Below, in pieces: positions 38,520-51,714 of a DNA stretch of 64,000 nt; within the stretch, counting starts at the first letter, position 1; each line of letters starts with the position of its first letter. The position numbers and the translations under genes are program-made. The stretch lies in assembly GCF_902459465.1 (NCBI RefSeq), contig NC_047070.1:15748001-15812000 (forward strand), in the 5' to 3' direction. Below the pieces are notes generated by a model. The model did not search any database and was not told the DNA's origin. It worked only from the letters and a program-made list of their open reading frames with translations. This stretch comes from Asterias rubens. Its lineage: Eukaryota.

Positions 38520-39017
38520 CCGGTGTGGCGGTTTCAGTCTTCCGCCGTGTTCAGTTTTCCGGGTGACGTAGCCAGACATTTCACCACAATGTTGGAACGG
38601 TTTGAGCTTTCCGGCGTGTTCAGTTTTCCGGGTGACCTGTCACATACTGCCGCGAGTACCCTGGCGAATACTGTAGTTCTCTCAGCAGTGACCCCCAAAT
38701 TGTTTATTATTACGATTCTTTTCTGTGTAGTCACATAATCTCTTGCCCCATCTTTACATGTATTCATGGGTACAACTTTAGGCAGGTCACACTCTGCTTG
38801 CATAAAAAACAACTCATACGATCCACGCGTTTGCCGCTAGTTGTACTCGACTCGTGGACGCCGCCATAACAGCTACCGGAGGGTAATGGATGACTCAATA
38901 CGGCACTAAAAATGGTCTACTTTCGCTTGCTGTGCGCAGGCATCGCATGACGTAATGCTACCGTATTTGGTCATTCGGAAAACTGAACACAGCGGAAAGT
39001 TGAAACCGCCGCATCGG
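38520..39017. mobile_element. Non-autonomous DNA transposon with ~40-bp TIRs
   Basis: CCGGTGTGGCGGTTTCAGTCTTCCGCCGTGTTCAGTTTTCCG and its imperfect reverse complement ending at 39017; the terminal motif is duplicated internally near 38578-38634. Confidence 0.7.
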
Positions 39018-40802
39018 GTACAATGCCTTGCTCAGTCACAATTCAATGCTCAGTTTGGAGTTTCTCAGACTCCATCAAGTTTAGCTATGTCACATCAAAG
39101 ATGACACCCATACACATCAACTTGAGCATTATTTGTGATCTAAACATGCATTGTACCAGACATCAATCAAATCTAGTATGAAGAAATAACTGGCATATCA
39201 CTGGAACAATAATGGGGGCGGAGATATGGGGTATCAATCACCCCCCCCCCCCCCCCCCCTTTTGATCATTATGTACAGTATGGCCAGTCTAAAAGTGTAG
39301 ACCTAAGCCTTAGAAACTGTATATACCAGCTTAAGAACAACAAGTAGCTAAGTACAACAAAAATATGATGCTCATTTCTGCTTAGAAAATTGTTCAGCAA
39401 TACTTTCTGCTAAAAAGAAGTTCTATGAAATTTGGCCCTGCATATAACAAGTTGAATGCCCCCTTTCCAATGCAGCAACCTAAGATCCACCCACTTGCCT
39501 ACATGTACACCCCTTGACAAGGAGCGTAGTATAGGACCTACTGTTTGATGTTCAGACTCACCAAACTGAAGATTCATGGAAGGTAAGATTAATCAATTGT
39601 TGTTAAATGGAACTGTGTGTTGTTTTCTTTGCATAAACCTTACTACATCATACCCTACTTGTAATTTTGTAAACAACCCGACAATTTTCTTGGAGCTGTT
39701 TTGTGCAAATGCTTAGAGTGTGGTAACCAACCAACGTGGCCATGTTTTGTATGGTGTGAGGTTCCTTGCTCTAGACCTATGCTTAGTTGGCTATAGTTCA
39801 ACGAAGAGGAAGTAGTCTTAACAGACTAATATGTAACTGCCAACTACAGTCTCCTACAATTGGTTTTTATAACAAATTAATAGCACCACACTATGGATGG
39901 TAAACAATGGATATTATATGGAAATTTGAACACAAACTACAAGAACATACACTCTTAGTTATTATGGCATTGTGACCTTTATCAATAATGTCACTTGAGT
40001 TTGTTTCCTAAACAAATCTAAAAATAATGTTTTATTTAAGTGTCATTGAAGACACTGGTTCAGCCATGCTAGAAAAAAAGGTTTTCTTTCGACTATAAAC
40101 CAGAAATAGATAACTGAAATAACTTTTTCCTTCAGGGTTTGTTTATAAATGAAGGACTTTTATTTTTAAAAGTCAACATTTGGGGAGTTGATAGTATCAG
40201 AACTCTTTTGTTTTCCACACTTTCGATTTGTTAATTGTTTGTGTGGCTTTGATGTGAACTGGTCTAATTTTTTTAAATATTTATACTTTACCACTTTACA
40301 ATCAATTTACACCTTTTATCAAGCTAATATATTTTGTATTTATATACATACGCGCAAACAATATACAAACAAACTTTAAATACATGTTCAAAATGAATCC
40401 CAAAAGATATATATTTGTATAAAAAAAAGTGAAATATTATTATTTAGTAATGATCAGAATGTGGTCCAATTTTTAGTATTAAAACTCCACAGCCAGCATA
40501 CTAGGGACATACTTTCATAGTTGTTGTATTCACATGACATCACAAGACTCCAATTTCACACTGGACCACTAGCCCTGAGGCCAATGATTTTAACAACGGG
40601 CCAGTAAACTCATGACGGGACAAGTCCAATGATAAGACTGTGTTTTTCATTTGAATAATATTACCCCACTCTGTAATATGTTTTTTAAACAAAATGAAGC
40701 GATGTTCAAATGTTGACTTTCGAGGCTAGTAAAAAAAACCTGTTAACTCTGTCCAGTCATGGAGGTACCTCCATGGTCCAGTATAAAAATGTAGGCCTTC
40801 AA

Positions 40803-40992
40803 AAGCCCCTTTCACACGAGAGTAAATTAGCAAAGGTCCCTTGCTTAATTGTAGCATGGTTGTAAAAATTTCAACTCGTGTAAACCTTTTTTTACTGTCC
40901 AAGTTTCCTTGTAAAATATTGTCAAACATTGCATCATTTTACAACCATGCTAAAGTTAAGCAAGGGACCCCCCAGTTAAAGTGCTGTCGTGT
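40803..40992. mobile_element. Palindromic MITE (Harbinger-like termini, tentative)
   Basis: GGTCCCTTGCTTAATTGTAGCATGGTTGTAAAA / TTTTACAACCATGCTAAAGTTAAGCAAGGGACC inverted arms. Confidence 0.55.
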
Positions 40993-42378
40993 GAATAAGG
41001 ATTCTCATACAAGGCAAATGAGATAAATCTTCTCTTAATGCTTGTACAAACCAAAGTAGTTTTCATGTTACACTTGAAAGCTCTTAGACATTAAGATTTT
41101 GGTCCCATAAGATTGTGAATCTACATTGCAGTCTTGTTTTTTTTATACCCAAATTCGAGCCCTCCGTCAGGGTCAAATTTCATAGAACTGCTTAAAAGCA
41201 CAAAAGCTGCTAGGAAAAAAATAACATTTGGCAAAGTGACTTCCACAATGCAAACATCTGATTCGAACAGTAGAATAATGTCATATCTCATTATTAAAAC
41301 TATTCTATTTGAACACCATGAAATTGAGAACTCATGTCAGCTGGTTAGAAAAAAATCCAAGGTCATTTAATGTCCGCTATGCATAATTGTGTGTCCATTT
41401 ACTGCATAAATTATGGTTCAAATCACAAGTTTTAAAGTTACTTCCTGACACAATCTACCTATGTGGACAATGTTGTGACAACGCTATACAGTCAGGAGCT
41501 CTCCACAATCAAAGACTGCTTCTGCAAGAACACTGTTCATGTGCAAGGCTGCCCCAAACAGCGATCAACAGTCCTGCGAAAAACATGGCCAATGTTGCGA
41601 GAATTGCAGAGAGAGTTGGAATGCTTTGATTCCGACAAACAATTAATGACTTGTCAACAAGTCTAGACTCCGTCCATCAGCGGGGATATACAACGCCATT
41701 GTAAAGCTTAAATAATTAATAGCATAAATTATTAGAATATTTAATATCATTTACAATCAATGTGAGATAATATTGCTTACTACAAGGGGTCTACAGAAAA
41801 TGTATAAAAATGCATAAAATATATGTACTTTCACTTTCATCCCAACCATTAAATTTGCCACCAAGGTGCATATTTCTGCAATTGAGATTCCAACAAGAGC
41901 AAATTCAAGAGCAAATGTGTTCCGTTTAAGTGTGACCACTTCAATTTGTGAATCCATTGTTGGTTGCTCTGTATAAAAGTTAAAATACTTTATCATGTAT
42001 CTACCTTTCACCAATTGCTAAGTTCCGCTATCATACATACATGAAATAATTTTCTCTGCATAAACAATTATCATACATTCTACAATGACACATACAACAT
42101 ACGTGTGTGCCATTTTTCTTGTTCAATCTGTGAACCTGTACAACATGTAAAGTAGGAATGGTGGGTTTATAAAAAAGTGCATAATATGTAGAAGACTGAA
42201 ACAAACAAATTCACTTCAATCACATTCTCTCTCCGAAAGTATGCAGGCATCTTCTTCTATCCCTACTTAATAATTACACCAGGTCTTCATTCCACAAAGC
42301 ACTAAAATTCATCTTAAGATGAGTTGTCAACATTACCATTGCCATTTATATTGTGTCATCGCACTTTGTTCAGCAACA

Positions 42379-42622
42379 AAAGGGACTGTGATGTACAGAC
42401 AAAGCCCTTTTAGCATTTAAAGGGGCTGTGATGTACAGACACAGCCCTTTTAGCATTTAAAGGGGCTGTGATGTACAGACACAGCCCTTTTAGCATTTAA
42501 AGGGGCTGTGATGTACAGACACAGCCCTTTTAAAGGGGCTGTGATGTACAGACACAGCCCTTTTAGCATTTAAAGGGGCTGTGATGTACAGACACAGCCC
42601 TTTTAAAGAGGCTGTGATGTAC
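42379..42622. repeat. Minisatellite, ~6.5 units of 40/33 bp, each an internal hairpin
   Basis: AAAGGGGCTGTGATGTACAGACACAGCCCTTTTAGCATTT; units start at 42379, 42419, 42459, 42499, 42532, 42572 and 42605. Confidence 0.9.
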
Positions 42623-43278
42623 TTTGTACAGTCTCTTGCCTGCTTTGATCATGACAATACAGCCCCTTTAAGATTGATAGGCCCCCCTAACATCAATCTT
42701 AGCTCTTCGTGAAATTGATCCCAGCATGAGAATGTTGTGAATCATATGTTTTTGCTTAGTTAGAAAAAGTTGAAAGAAATAACATGAAGGAGAAAACATC
42801 TTTGTATATTACGATTCTCGGACAGTTGATTTGTCTTTGTTAATATGTAAGTTATAAGACTCTGCAGCACTTCATCATATAACGTCAGCTTGGTTTAGAA
42901 CACCGATTCATGAAACAACTTGGGCATCAACAAGGAAATTTGGCACTTGTTATGTACTTGTTACATATTTCCAGTAGTATGTGTGTTTGCTTATCGTACA
43001 AAACCTAGATTCTTTTTAGTTTAAAGAAGGTACTTTTTTAAATGCAGCATTTCAGATTATATTATTTCCAGAGATGACTTTCACGTGTACTCATGATGGT
43101 TGTATTTAATCACCAGTCACAAATCCAGTACTTTATCTTCAAACATATATTTTTTCAAATGTAATCTCTCTCTTAGTTATTGCTATGTTTGTTTTCTAAG
43201 CCCTTATTGTTCTAAGATCACTGTTGGTTTCTCAATGTACCAAGCCGACGTTACATGTAAAGCTTTAAGTACAACGCC

Positions 43279-46200
43279 CTATGTCTTGTAGAATTTAATG
43301 ATGTCATGAATTGGCGCTCGGCAGAGAGGGCAAGGGTCTCCCCTCTCTTTAAGTTTCACCCCGCAGGCAAGGCAACAACAGATGTGGCCGCAGCGGTAGA
43401 ACACCGCATCAGGGAGATTCTCAAAGCATACTGTGCATTCGTTGTCTTGTCTTAGAGGCGGTTTGTTCGGACGAGGGGGTGCTTGCCGACGGGACTTACC
43501 CTGACTGCTACCCCCCTCGCTAGGTTTAGCTTTAGAAGCAGCAGACATTGAGTGAAGTCTTGGAGGAGGGGTTGGAACCTTCTCAAGATCTTCTACATGT
43601 AATGCAAAGGCAGCTGCACCTTCTGCTTCATCAAATATACTCACATTGATATCATTGGTTGCATCCCAGTCAGTCTGTGATGGCACTGGAGGTGGAGGGC
43701 TGTTTTTAAGGGCACCTGCAAGAACAAAAGTAATTGATTTCTAATTAGATTATAAAGTGGTTTATTGTATATGGCGCATATCTGTCACTCCTGCAAGGTA
43801 TGGGGACTACGTTTGAATTATTAGACCCAATCCTTGGTGTAGTGTTCACGTGATCACACTGTAATACATGTAATGTTATACATTTATGCAAATGAGTTGG
43901 CCTCGTGTAAGAGTACATGGAAAGGGGTGGAAAACCGAGGAACGGAATAAAGACACATGTTGATGCACATAAGATTGAATTCGTCTATAGTATTGGTTTA
44001 ATCCGTATGTCTAGTAAGACTCTACACTTGGCATCATGTAATGGTTTACATGGTAATGTAATGGTTTAAGGTGCTGTGGTGCAATATGCTGCCAATCTAA
44101 CCAGGAACACCGGGCAAACCCCTTCTCTTTACGATAAGTGCACTGGGTTCTTTGCACTGGGGGGGGGGGGGAAGTTTCCTCCCATTGGACCCCAGTTTAA
44201 ATCCCAACTCAAACATGTCAAACTGGAGCATTGCATGTGGATTGGGTTTTCAGTCTCTACCTGATTGATGGCTTTTCCCCCTTTCCTCCTACCTAAAACT
44301 GAGCATTTCTTCTTGTTTCCTACTCATCCTATTATTGACACTACTTGTGCTGTTGGATGAATTATCAAATCAAATTTTAAAAACATTAATACTCATCTAA
44401 AGAAATTGTTTACTAACCTAAGATTTTGATTGTCTGAGTGGTGCCGTACAAGTCAAAGAACATCCAGAGTGGTGTGGACGTATCAACGTGCATCAAGACT
44501 TTATCGCTAGCACCCTCCGGTCCAGTCATGTGAATCCTACCATCCTCATCGATTGTGAACCCTAAACTAGCTCCTTCTTCTAGCGTGTCGTAATCCCTGG
44601 TCATGACCCAGTACTCCTTACGGTCACAGACGTCTTCCGCCTCAAGAGGTAAGGTATCTGGGTCCAGACTCTCTGGATCGCATGACGTCAAACCGACACC
44701 CATATGTCCGATATAGCAGTGGTTGACCGTCATAACCTTCACCATGATCTTCTCATTAAACTGGATGGGCCGACTGGTGAAGACTAACCCACCGCTGACG
44801 GTAGTCGCTTTGCGTTCTGCTACAAATCTCTCCTCTTCGAGTACAATGTTACAGCCGTGTTGACTGTGCAGTGGTAGTGGGTCGGGCTTGAGAGCATTGG
44901 TACGTGTTCCGCTCGAACCTTGGAATGGAACCTCCTGGCTACTACTACCACCACTACCAGGGACTAGGTCCGAGACCAAGCGTAGTGGGTCCAAGAATCC
45001 AGACACAGACGAGGCACCTCTTGTCGATATCCGGTTGGATGTTGGGAAGGTATCTATAGAGTGGAGGAACATAGAACAATTATTCAGTATCTTCAACTTA
45101 ATGTTTATGCAGTAAAATAACAAAGTTTTAGAATCATCTTGATTCTCTGTTAGAGGATCGCTTTCAAATGCAACAAGATACAAACAAACACATGTAACTG
45201 TATCTTCAGAAATTATACAGCATGAAACTGCCTTGGAAGGAAAATATACAGTTATGAACTAATTAAAATAGGGAGACCATCACTACAAGGATGTGTTTTC
45301 AAGGTAGAATTACCAACTGTTATGGATGAGTTGGCCATTGGTTGATCACTAGAGAAGGACCAAAACAGTTTTTGTTTGCAGCCGTAAAAACGCTTCCTAG
45401 GGCTAGTTAGCTCAGTTTGTAGAGCACCAGCACATTAATCTGGCGGTCACAGGTTCTTCAAGTCCCAACTCTAATAAATTTTGTCTTTGTTCAACCATGT
45501 CATTTTTCCTAAACTGTTATCTCTAGACACAATGATTACCCAAAACTTGAGCTTACCAACAATTCTAACTCCAGTTGTGTTACCATAAACATCAATTACT
45601 CCCCATACAGGCCTCGATGTGTCTACTCCATTGAAGAACTCCATAAATGGTTCTTGATTAACGCTATAATACACCGTCCCATCTTCACTTAGGACAAAGT
45701 TCAGCACATTGCCATGCTTTGCACAGTTTTCTCTCAGAGCTTTTGCCCAGTTCCCTGCCCTTCCTGTCAGGTCTGGACATGCATACTTAGGGATCCCGTT
45801 ACTACGCATAGAAAATGGATCTTGTGAGGTGTAACCGAAGCGTAACACCCCGCTCCATCCAGCTGTGTTCTGGATTAGTTCAAAGTGTAGGATCTCGCCA
45901 ATGTGTATCGCTCTGTGAGTGAACACCAGGGCGTTGCAGAAACTTCCCATGCGAGATGCTGTTTTGTGGTCAGCCGACAATACGATGTTCTTGCCATGGA
46001 TTGTATGGAAGTGGAAGTCACTGTGGTGTTGTGAAACTGCTGGTTGAAGCATTGAGTCTAGAGGTTGGAGCACATCGTGAGGCCAGCTGGCTCTTCCAGG
46101 TTGTTGCGTAGTACCACGGTAGGTTCTGTTGGGCTTTGCTCTGTAGCCACTTGATGATGCACTAGTGCTTGTGGTTCGTCTGCGTTCTGGTGCCGAGTCT

Positions 46201-47408
46201 GGTCGGGACCTACTCGAAGCCTGCTGACTCGTGCCAGCTGTTGAAGAATGCGCTGGTGGGAAGTAAATATAAAAGAAAACAAACAAATTCTTTATTATGT
46301 TTAAATCTACAAATATAATGGCAAGCCAAGAGAGATCCTGTCTCATTGAAAATATGTTCATACATCACGAACTGATTGTGCTCATTTTATATTTTGTGTT
46401 TTAACTATACCCTTTACTTTTAAGGAAACAGAGGTCATCCCTTTATCGCTGATGCTTCTTTCCCCAATTATTACAAATAAATGGCACTATGGACTTAGTA
46501 TGAGTAGCCTAGGTAATGTATTGTAGATAAACAGAACCGCATTGTCATGTGTGGTTCTGTGCGCACTCATCATGTGACACCCCCATAATTCCCTTCATCC
46601 ATCTACACATCTACGCTGGTACTCAGCAAAGTCTACTTCTGGATGTAAAAGCTGAGGCGAAGACAAGGCGCGCATCGATGGAGCAGGTACACAAAGTTGT
46701 AGATACACCATAGAGTTATATATAAGAACTAGAGGGCGCACTGGCCTATTTACGCGCCCCGACATGCGCGCAGGCGGTCATTTTGTGTCACAGCTTGTGT
46801 TTGTGCGCCCATTTTGTAAGTTGAACAAAAAGCATCTGGAAAAAAACTCAAACGTGTATTTCATATTCAACGCGCGCACAGAATGACGCTTGTCATCTTG
46901 CGGTCCCGTCGCGTTTGTGCAAGCAATAGCAGCATCACCAGTGCGCCCTCTAATTCTTATAAATTACTCTATGAGATACACAGAATTATGTCATGTGGTC
47001 ATGTGACAGCATAAATCCCTATAGGCTATAATATAAACAAACTAAATTTGTAATGACTTAATTATCAATCAACTTTCTTTAAAATTAAATTAAAGGCTAG
47101 AGAAAACAAGCAGATCAGCAGTGAGTAGGCTTTTGCCTTCTTACTTCTTTATTTGTGACTTGCCAAGAAAATGAAGATGAGATTGGGTCTTTAATTAGGC
47201 AGAAAATAATCAGTCTAATCTGTTAATCATGGTTTAATTGGCAGAAAAATTTAATAGAAAATATAAATCGAATTCGAATACATCGGCAGACTAGCAACGA
47301 TTTGTAAACATTTTATCTGTAACAGACATGATTAAGATTATAATATAAGCTTGATTTACCTCTGTTGCCATGGTTAGAATTGGACACCGATGACGAAGTT
47401 TGTCCCAT
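43279..47408 (-). CDS. NEURL1: Neuralized-like E3 ubiquitin ligase (2 NHR domains + C-terminal C3HC4 RING), ~605 aa, 4 exons
   Basis: Exons 47408-47360 (MGQTSSS...), 46252-45557 (NHR1: FHFHTIHGKNIVLS...WGVIDVYGNT), 45053-44418 (NHR2: ...LWMFFDLYGTT) and 43715-43279 (RING CTVCFENLPDAVFYRCGHICCCLAC...CPLCR). All introns phase 1; total 1818 nt, open frame. Confidence 0.95.
45401..45496 (+). mobile_element. Short tRNA-derived SINE or tRNA pseudogene; related copy at 62611-62690
   Basis: A box TAGCTCAGTT, disrupted B box, shared 3' tail CTCTA.TAA.TTTGTC.TTGTT.AACC; the cloverleaf is not intact. Confidence 0.7.
46709..46973. mobile_element. hAT-type MITE in NEURL intron 1
   Basis: ~36-bp TIRs CATAGAGTTATATATAAGAACTAGAGGGCGCACTGG; perfect 8-bp TSD AGATACAC at 46701-46708 and 46974-46981. 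Confidence 0.85.
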
Positions 47409-47930
47409 GTTCAAATCAAGGAGAAATTCGCCCGATTTCTCGCTTTCTAAATGATGTTTTAATGAATCATGTTGTGAAAAAAATCCGTCTATCTTCTTCC
47501 TTTATTATGAACTTTAGCTAAAAATAAACAGCGCCCTCTACCAGTTTATGGCCATCTTCCCACTCAGGGGGTGTCACTCTTTGAGAAAAAACGCAGTCAA
47601 ATGGCGATAATGTTAAATTAGTATCACCTGTAAATTAATATTAGTCTGACATAAATACAATAAATATGATAAATTCTATCAAAAAAGAATATGCTTTTAC
47701 ATATATTTTTTGTAAACACTGATTTAAATTCACAAAATCAAATACTTATTTGAAATGGGGTGTGCTCCGTGCTGTACCTTTTTTCTTTGCGTGAACTTTG
47801 ACCCAATGCCGTCCGTGTACAAATTTGACATCGAGAGAGAAGTGACACGGCGGCGAGCTTTGCGTAAGATTCTGCGAAATTGTACCGAAACGTTCACCAG
47901 AGAGGCAGGGAAACGACTGGATTCGTCAGG
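47409..47930. promoter_or_regulatory. Probable bidirectional promoter between NEURL and TEX261
   Basis: Divergent start codons only 522 bp apart; CTCF-like CAGCGCCCTCTACCAG at 47529-47544. Confidence 0.6.
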
Positions 47931-50900
47931 ATGTGGTTTTTAATCATACTCAGTTGGTTAGCCACGTTTGTGCATGTCTGCCTGGCCACTTTGGCACTTG
48001 GTAAGAATTATACGTTTTTCACGATATTGGTGCAATTGACAACGCCATCCCATTACCCCACACACACAGGCCTAATTCATTGTAATTCCCCAACTAATGA
48101 ATTAATTACATTTATAGCTCTTTGTTTTTTACTATTTCTATCGCCACCCTACTCAACTGTCTGATATCCAACACAACTGACAGAATTATGTCGGTCAAGT
48201 TACAAAAAGAAATACAAATTAATTACAAATTTCCTCTTTGTTGGTTTTGGGACTTTGCTTTGTTAAAAAATTAATTAATTAAACATTTATTGAATTAATT
48301 CATTCATTAAATTTTAATTTTTCATGTAATTGATATATTCAAACAACAGATTTGTTAAAAGGTTGGAAAATATCATGATTGTGTGTATCATTGAAATAAC
48401 TGTAGATCAACAAGTAATATTATATTATTATATTATTAAATACAATATCAATTCATACAAATCTGACAATGACACTAGCTAGGCTACTTATTAAACTTTT
48501 AAAGGGAGGTATTGAGAAAACTTTTCATATTCTGCCACCTCTTTTTCATTGTTTTATTTGTTTGTATTCACTTAACAAACAAGATATTCTTTTGAAGTTA
48601 AAAAGATGAGTGAACAATTGGTGGCAGGATCCAGAAATCTTTCTAAATGTGAAAATTTTGAGCTCAACTTAGCTTAGGCTTACAGTACACCAAAAATAAA
48701 CCAAGTTAAAACCATACATGGGATTTAACCAGTTTTATTAACAATTGGTTCATTGATTGAAAAGTTTTTTTCATCAATGAGCATGAGAAGTTGTTGCGAA
48801 AAACTGTTTCAGCTTTTAAATACCCTGTTTCAACCAAAATCACTTGGAGGAAAATGATTTATTACCATGAATTGGTTAGTAGCATGATTGCTTGTTATGA
48901 TATGATGTCCTTTTCTAATTTCAGCTGCTGGTCTGTACTATTTGGCAGAGTTAGTTGAAGAGTACACAGTTATTACTATGAGAGTCATCAGATGGCTTGT
49001 TGCTGTAAGTATATCAACAGTCTTTCCGTTAACTTGAAAGAACGAGGTGGGGGATGGTTGGTAAACAAAAGTTCCATTCCTCTGTAATCCTTTTTGTAAG
49101 TGTAATGTGGTTCTACTTTAACCCACACCTAAGCTTTATACAAGATGCCCATTGATTACCAGAAGCCCATATGACTTGCAAGTTGCATTCATGAGCTTTT
49201 TTTGTCTTGAGCATTTAATTATACAAGAAATCAAACAGCCCTTTTGAGATATAGTGACACTGGAAGTGCTCTGTTTGGTTTGGGTTTAAACATACAAATC
49301 TTGTTGGAATTTAACTGAGTGTCCAAGTTTTCCACTTTCAATGCTTTTACACTTAAACGACAGATAAAACGGGTGTCCAACCTTTAATCAGGTGTCCAAA
49401 AGACACCCAAACACCCCTCTGGGTAACACTAGATGCCTGCCGCAACGACTCACCGTCAGTTTAGAGCAGTGCTCCTCCTGGTCACTACAATTTCCTTGTA
49501 AAGATGCCTTTTACGCAGGAGAAAATGCCTTGCTGCCCTTGCCCTGTAAATACCAAAGCATGACCTTGAACTTTACTGTGGAAGGGGCACAGTAATGTCC
49601 CTCTGGTAAGCGGCACTTCTAGCTGAGGAAAATGTCAATTTGTATTGGAACCTTGCAAAGGGCACCACAGCAAAAGCACAGGCATGGAAGCAATTGCTAT
49701 GTGTGCCATAGGTTATTTCAAGAACTGCAATGTTTCAAAAGTGTATCCTTCCTTTCTTGAAGTTATTGTCCACAACTATTGACACCTGACTTGTTATTAT
49801 TCTGTCTTCATAGATCACAGCAGGAATCTACGTTGGTTTGATCATCTTTGAAGACTTCCCGTACTATCTGACACTTACAGGATTAGTTTCAATTGGATTC
49901 TACTCTTTACTGCTCAAAACTTTCCCGTTCATAGAGCTGTCTTCACCAGTCTTTATTCTTAGTTGCGGTAAGTTTATTCTACAGTGGAACAAAAGTATCT
50001 GTAAAGAAGCTTTGTTGGATCACTTTTTTAGTACAGTTTTGTATTTGATTACTGTTTTGGTCTAGTTGGTATGGTATGACACTGCTCTAGAATTGCAAAG
50101 GTCGTGGGTTCAAATCCCACCCGAGTAAAATGCCTGTGATTTTTCACAGGACTCGGGGAAAGTACTGAGTATACAGTGCTACACACATCGGTGTATATGG
50201 GTAAAAACCAAAAATTAATAATTACTGTTTTGTTGTAAAGATTTATTTTTATTTTTATTCCTTATTTAATTTGGTTTATCATCAACTCAAATATCATTTA
50301 CACACCATCCATTGATTTTCAGTTATATAAAACTTGCATCTTTATGCTTTTTTCTGCAGTATTAGTGATTGTAAATCATTATCTAGCGTTCCAGTATTTT
50401 GCAGATGTGTGGCATCCATTTTCAGAGGTAAGCCTACATGTCTAAAACTGTACCAAGTACAGTTGGGCCCTCCATCCTGGGCCCAATTTCATAGAGCTGC
50501 TAAGCACCCAATATTTGCTTAGCATGAAATTTCTTCATTGATTCAAACAGGATTACCAACCAAATTTCCATTTGTTGTTTATTGCTTGTTACTAGTATTC
50601 AGCTATTGTTTGCTTATCCTGGAAATCACTTGGAAATTTGGTTGGTAATCCTGTTTTTATCAAGGACAAAATTTCATGCTAAGCAAATTTTTGTGCTTAG
50701 CAGCTCTATGAAATTGGGCCCAGGTCTTATCTCATGGGGCCCTTGTCATTGCGCGGTGTGCGCTTCAGCAGGGATGGTTGCTATATAATACATATGATTA
50801 TTATTATACACATTATTATGATTTATTTGGCCAAGATTTCAACTTACTTGCAGCAAAACCTAGAAAGAAATACTTGTTCCTGTTCTGCTTCTTATGATGT

Positions 50901-51714
50901 AATGGAAAAGTCATAAAAAGAATTTTCAACAAACAAATCTAAAATCAAGATCTAAATCAAACATGTTTATGATTATCTATTATTATCAAAATTGTTGTAC
51001 AGTTCCATCTCTTGATGAGTTTGTTTGTTCTTGTTGATTCTTCAAGGTGATAGCATATTTCACGATGTGCCTTTGGTTGGTACCATTCGGTTTCTTTATC
51101 TCACTGTCAGCAAATGATAACATTCTCCCAACAACACACATGCCTGCCACTGAAGGAAGTAAGTACATGATGGCATAGACTGCCTACTATAGATGGATTG
51201 CACTATTGGTTCATCATCCATAGTGTTTGATGAAATAGGCACGCGTGCAAGGCTATCATTGGCTAAGAGCTGTGCGTAGAGCGTACACGTATGCACTTTT
51301 GCATTGTTTATCATCAGATATGGCGGTTGATGCGCTTAGTGCAATCCATCTATTGGTTTACCCTTAAAGGTTGAAATTATTTTGAACAGTCAATTGTCAT
51401 CAGAACTTGACAGTTAAAGGTTGGTAAATTTTCTTTCAAGTTGGGGGGGGGGGTAGATTTCATCTGGTTTAGAAATTCTTATCCAAGATGCCTAAAATCT
51501 TGGAGGTAAAAGATGCATCCTGATTTGATAAGCCAAGTTTTTTTTTTTCATGTTTAAATTTATTTTCACTGTGTTTCTCTTTGTTATCTCTGCAGAGAAA
51601 TCAGATGATCTCGTCACAAGCTATTTCAACAAGAAAAGTAAACGCAGTGGGATTCTATCGGTATTTGACATGCTTAAGGATACAATCATCCCAGAGAGAA
51701 CTAAGCGTTTCTAG
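47931..51714 (+). CDS. TEX261: TEX261 / Svp26-family ER-Golgi cargo receptor membrane protein, 200 aa, 6 exons
   Basis: Exons 47931-48000, 48925-49004, 49814-49967, 50360-50427, 51047-51158 and 51596-51714 join in frame (603 nt): [38 protein letters not shown]...VNHYLAFQYF...[31 protein letters not shown]...ERTKRF. This matches the recalled family motifs [10 protein letters not shown] and NHYLAFQ. Confidence 0.95.
50060..50220 (+). mobile_element. tRNA-derived SINE with a 12-bp TSD; related copy at ~63157-63296
   Basis: B box GGTTCAAATCCC. TSD ATTACTGTTTTG at 50048-50059 and 50221-50232. Shared ACACTGCTCTAGAATTGCAAA...CCCACCCGAGTAA...ACTGAGTAT. Confidence 0.8.
50476..50724. mobile_element. 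Foldback MITE in TEX261 intron 4
   Basis: TIR CCTGGGCCCAATTTCATAGAGCTGCTAAGCAC; near-palindromic over most of its length. Confidence 0.8.

Noticed and set aside
42379-42622. K-box (TGTGAT) microRNA sites in a Notch-pathway 3' UTR
   Set aside because: The motif is on the strand opposite the NEURL mRNA, and the miR-2 family is, to my knowledge, not present in deuterostomes.
45401-45475. Functional tRNA gene (also 62611, 50060 and 63157)
   Set aside because: Broken acceptor or anticodon stems and shared non-tRNA 3' tails indicate SINE heads.
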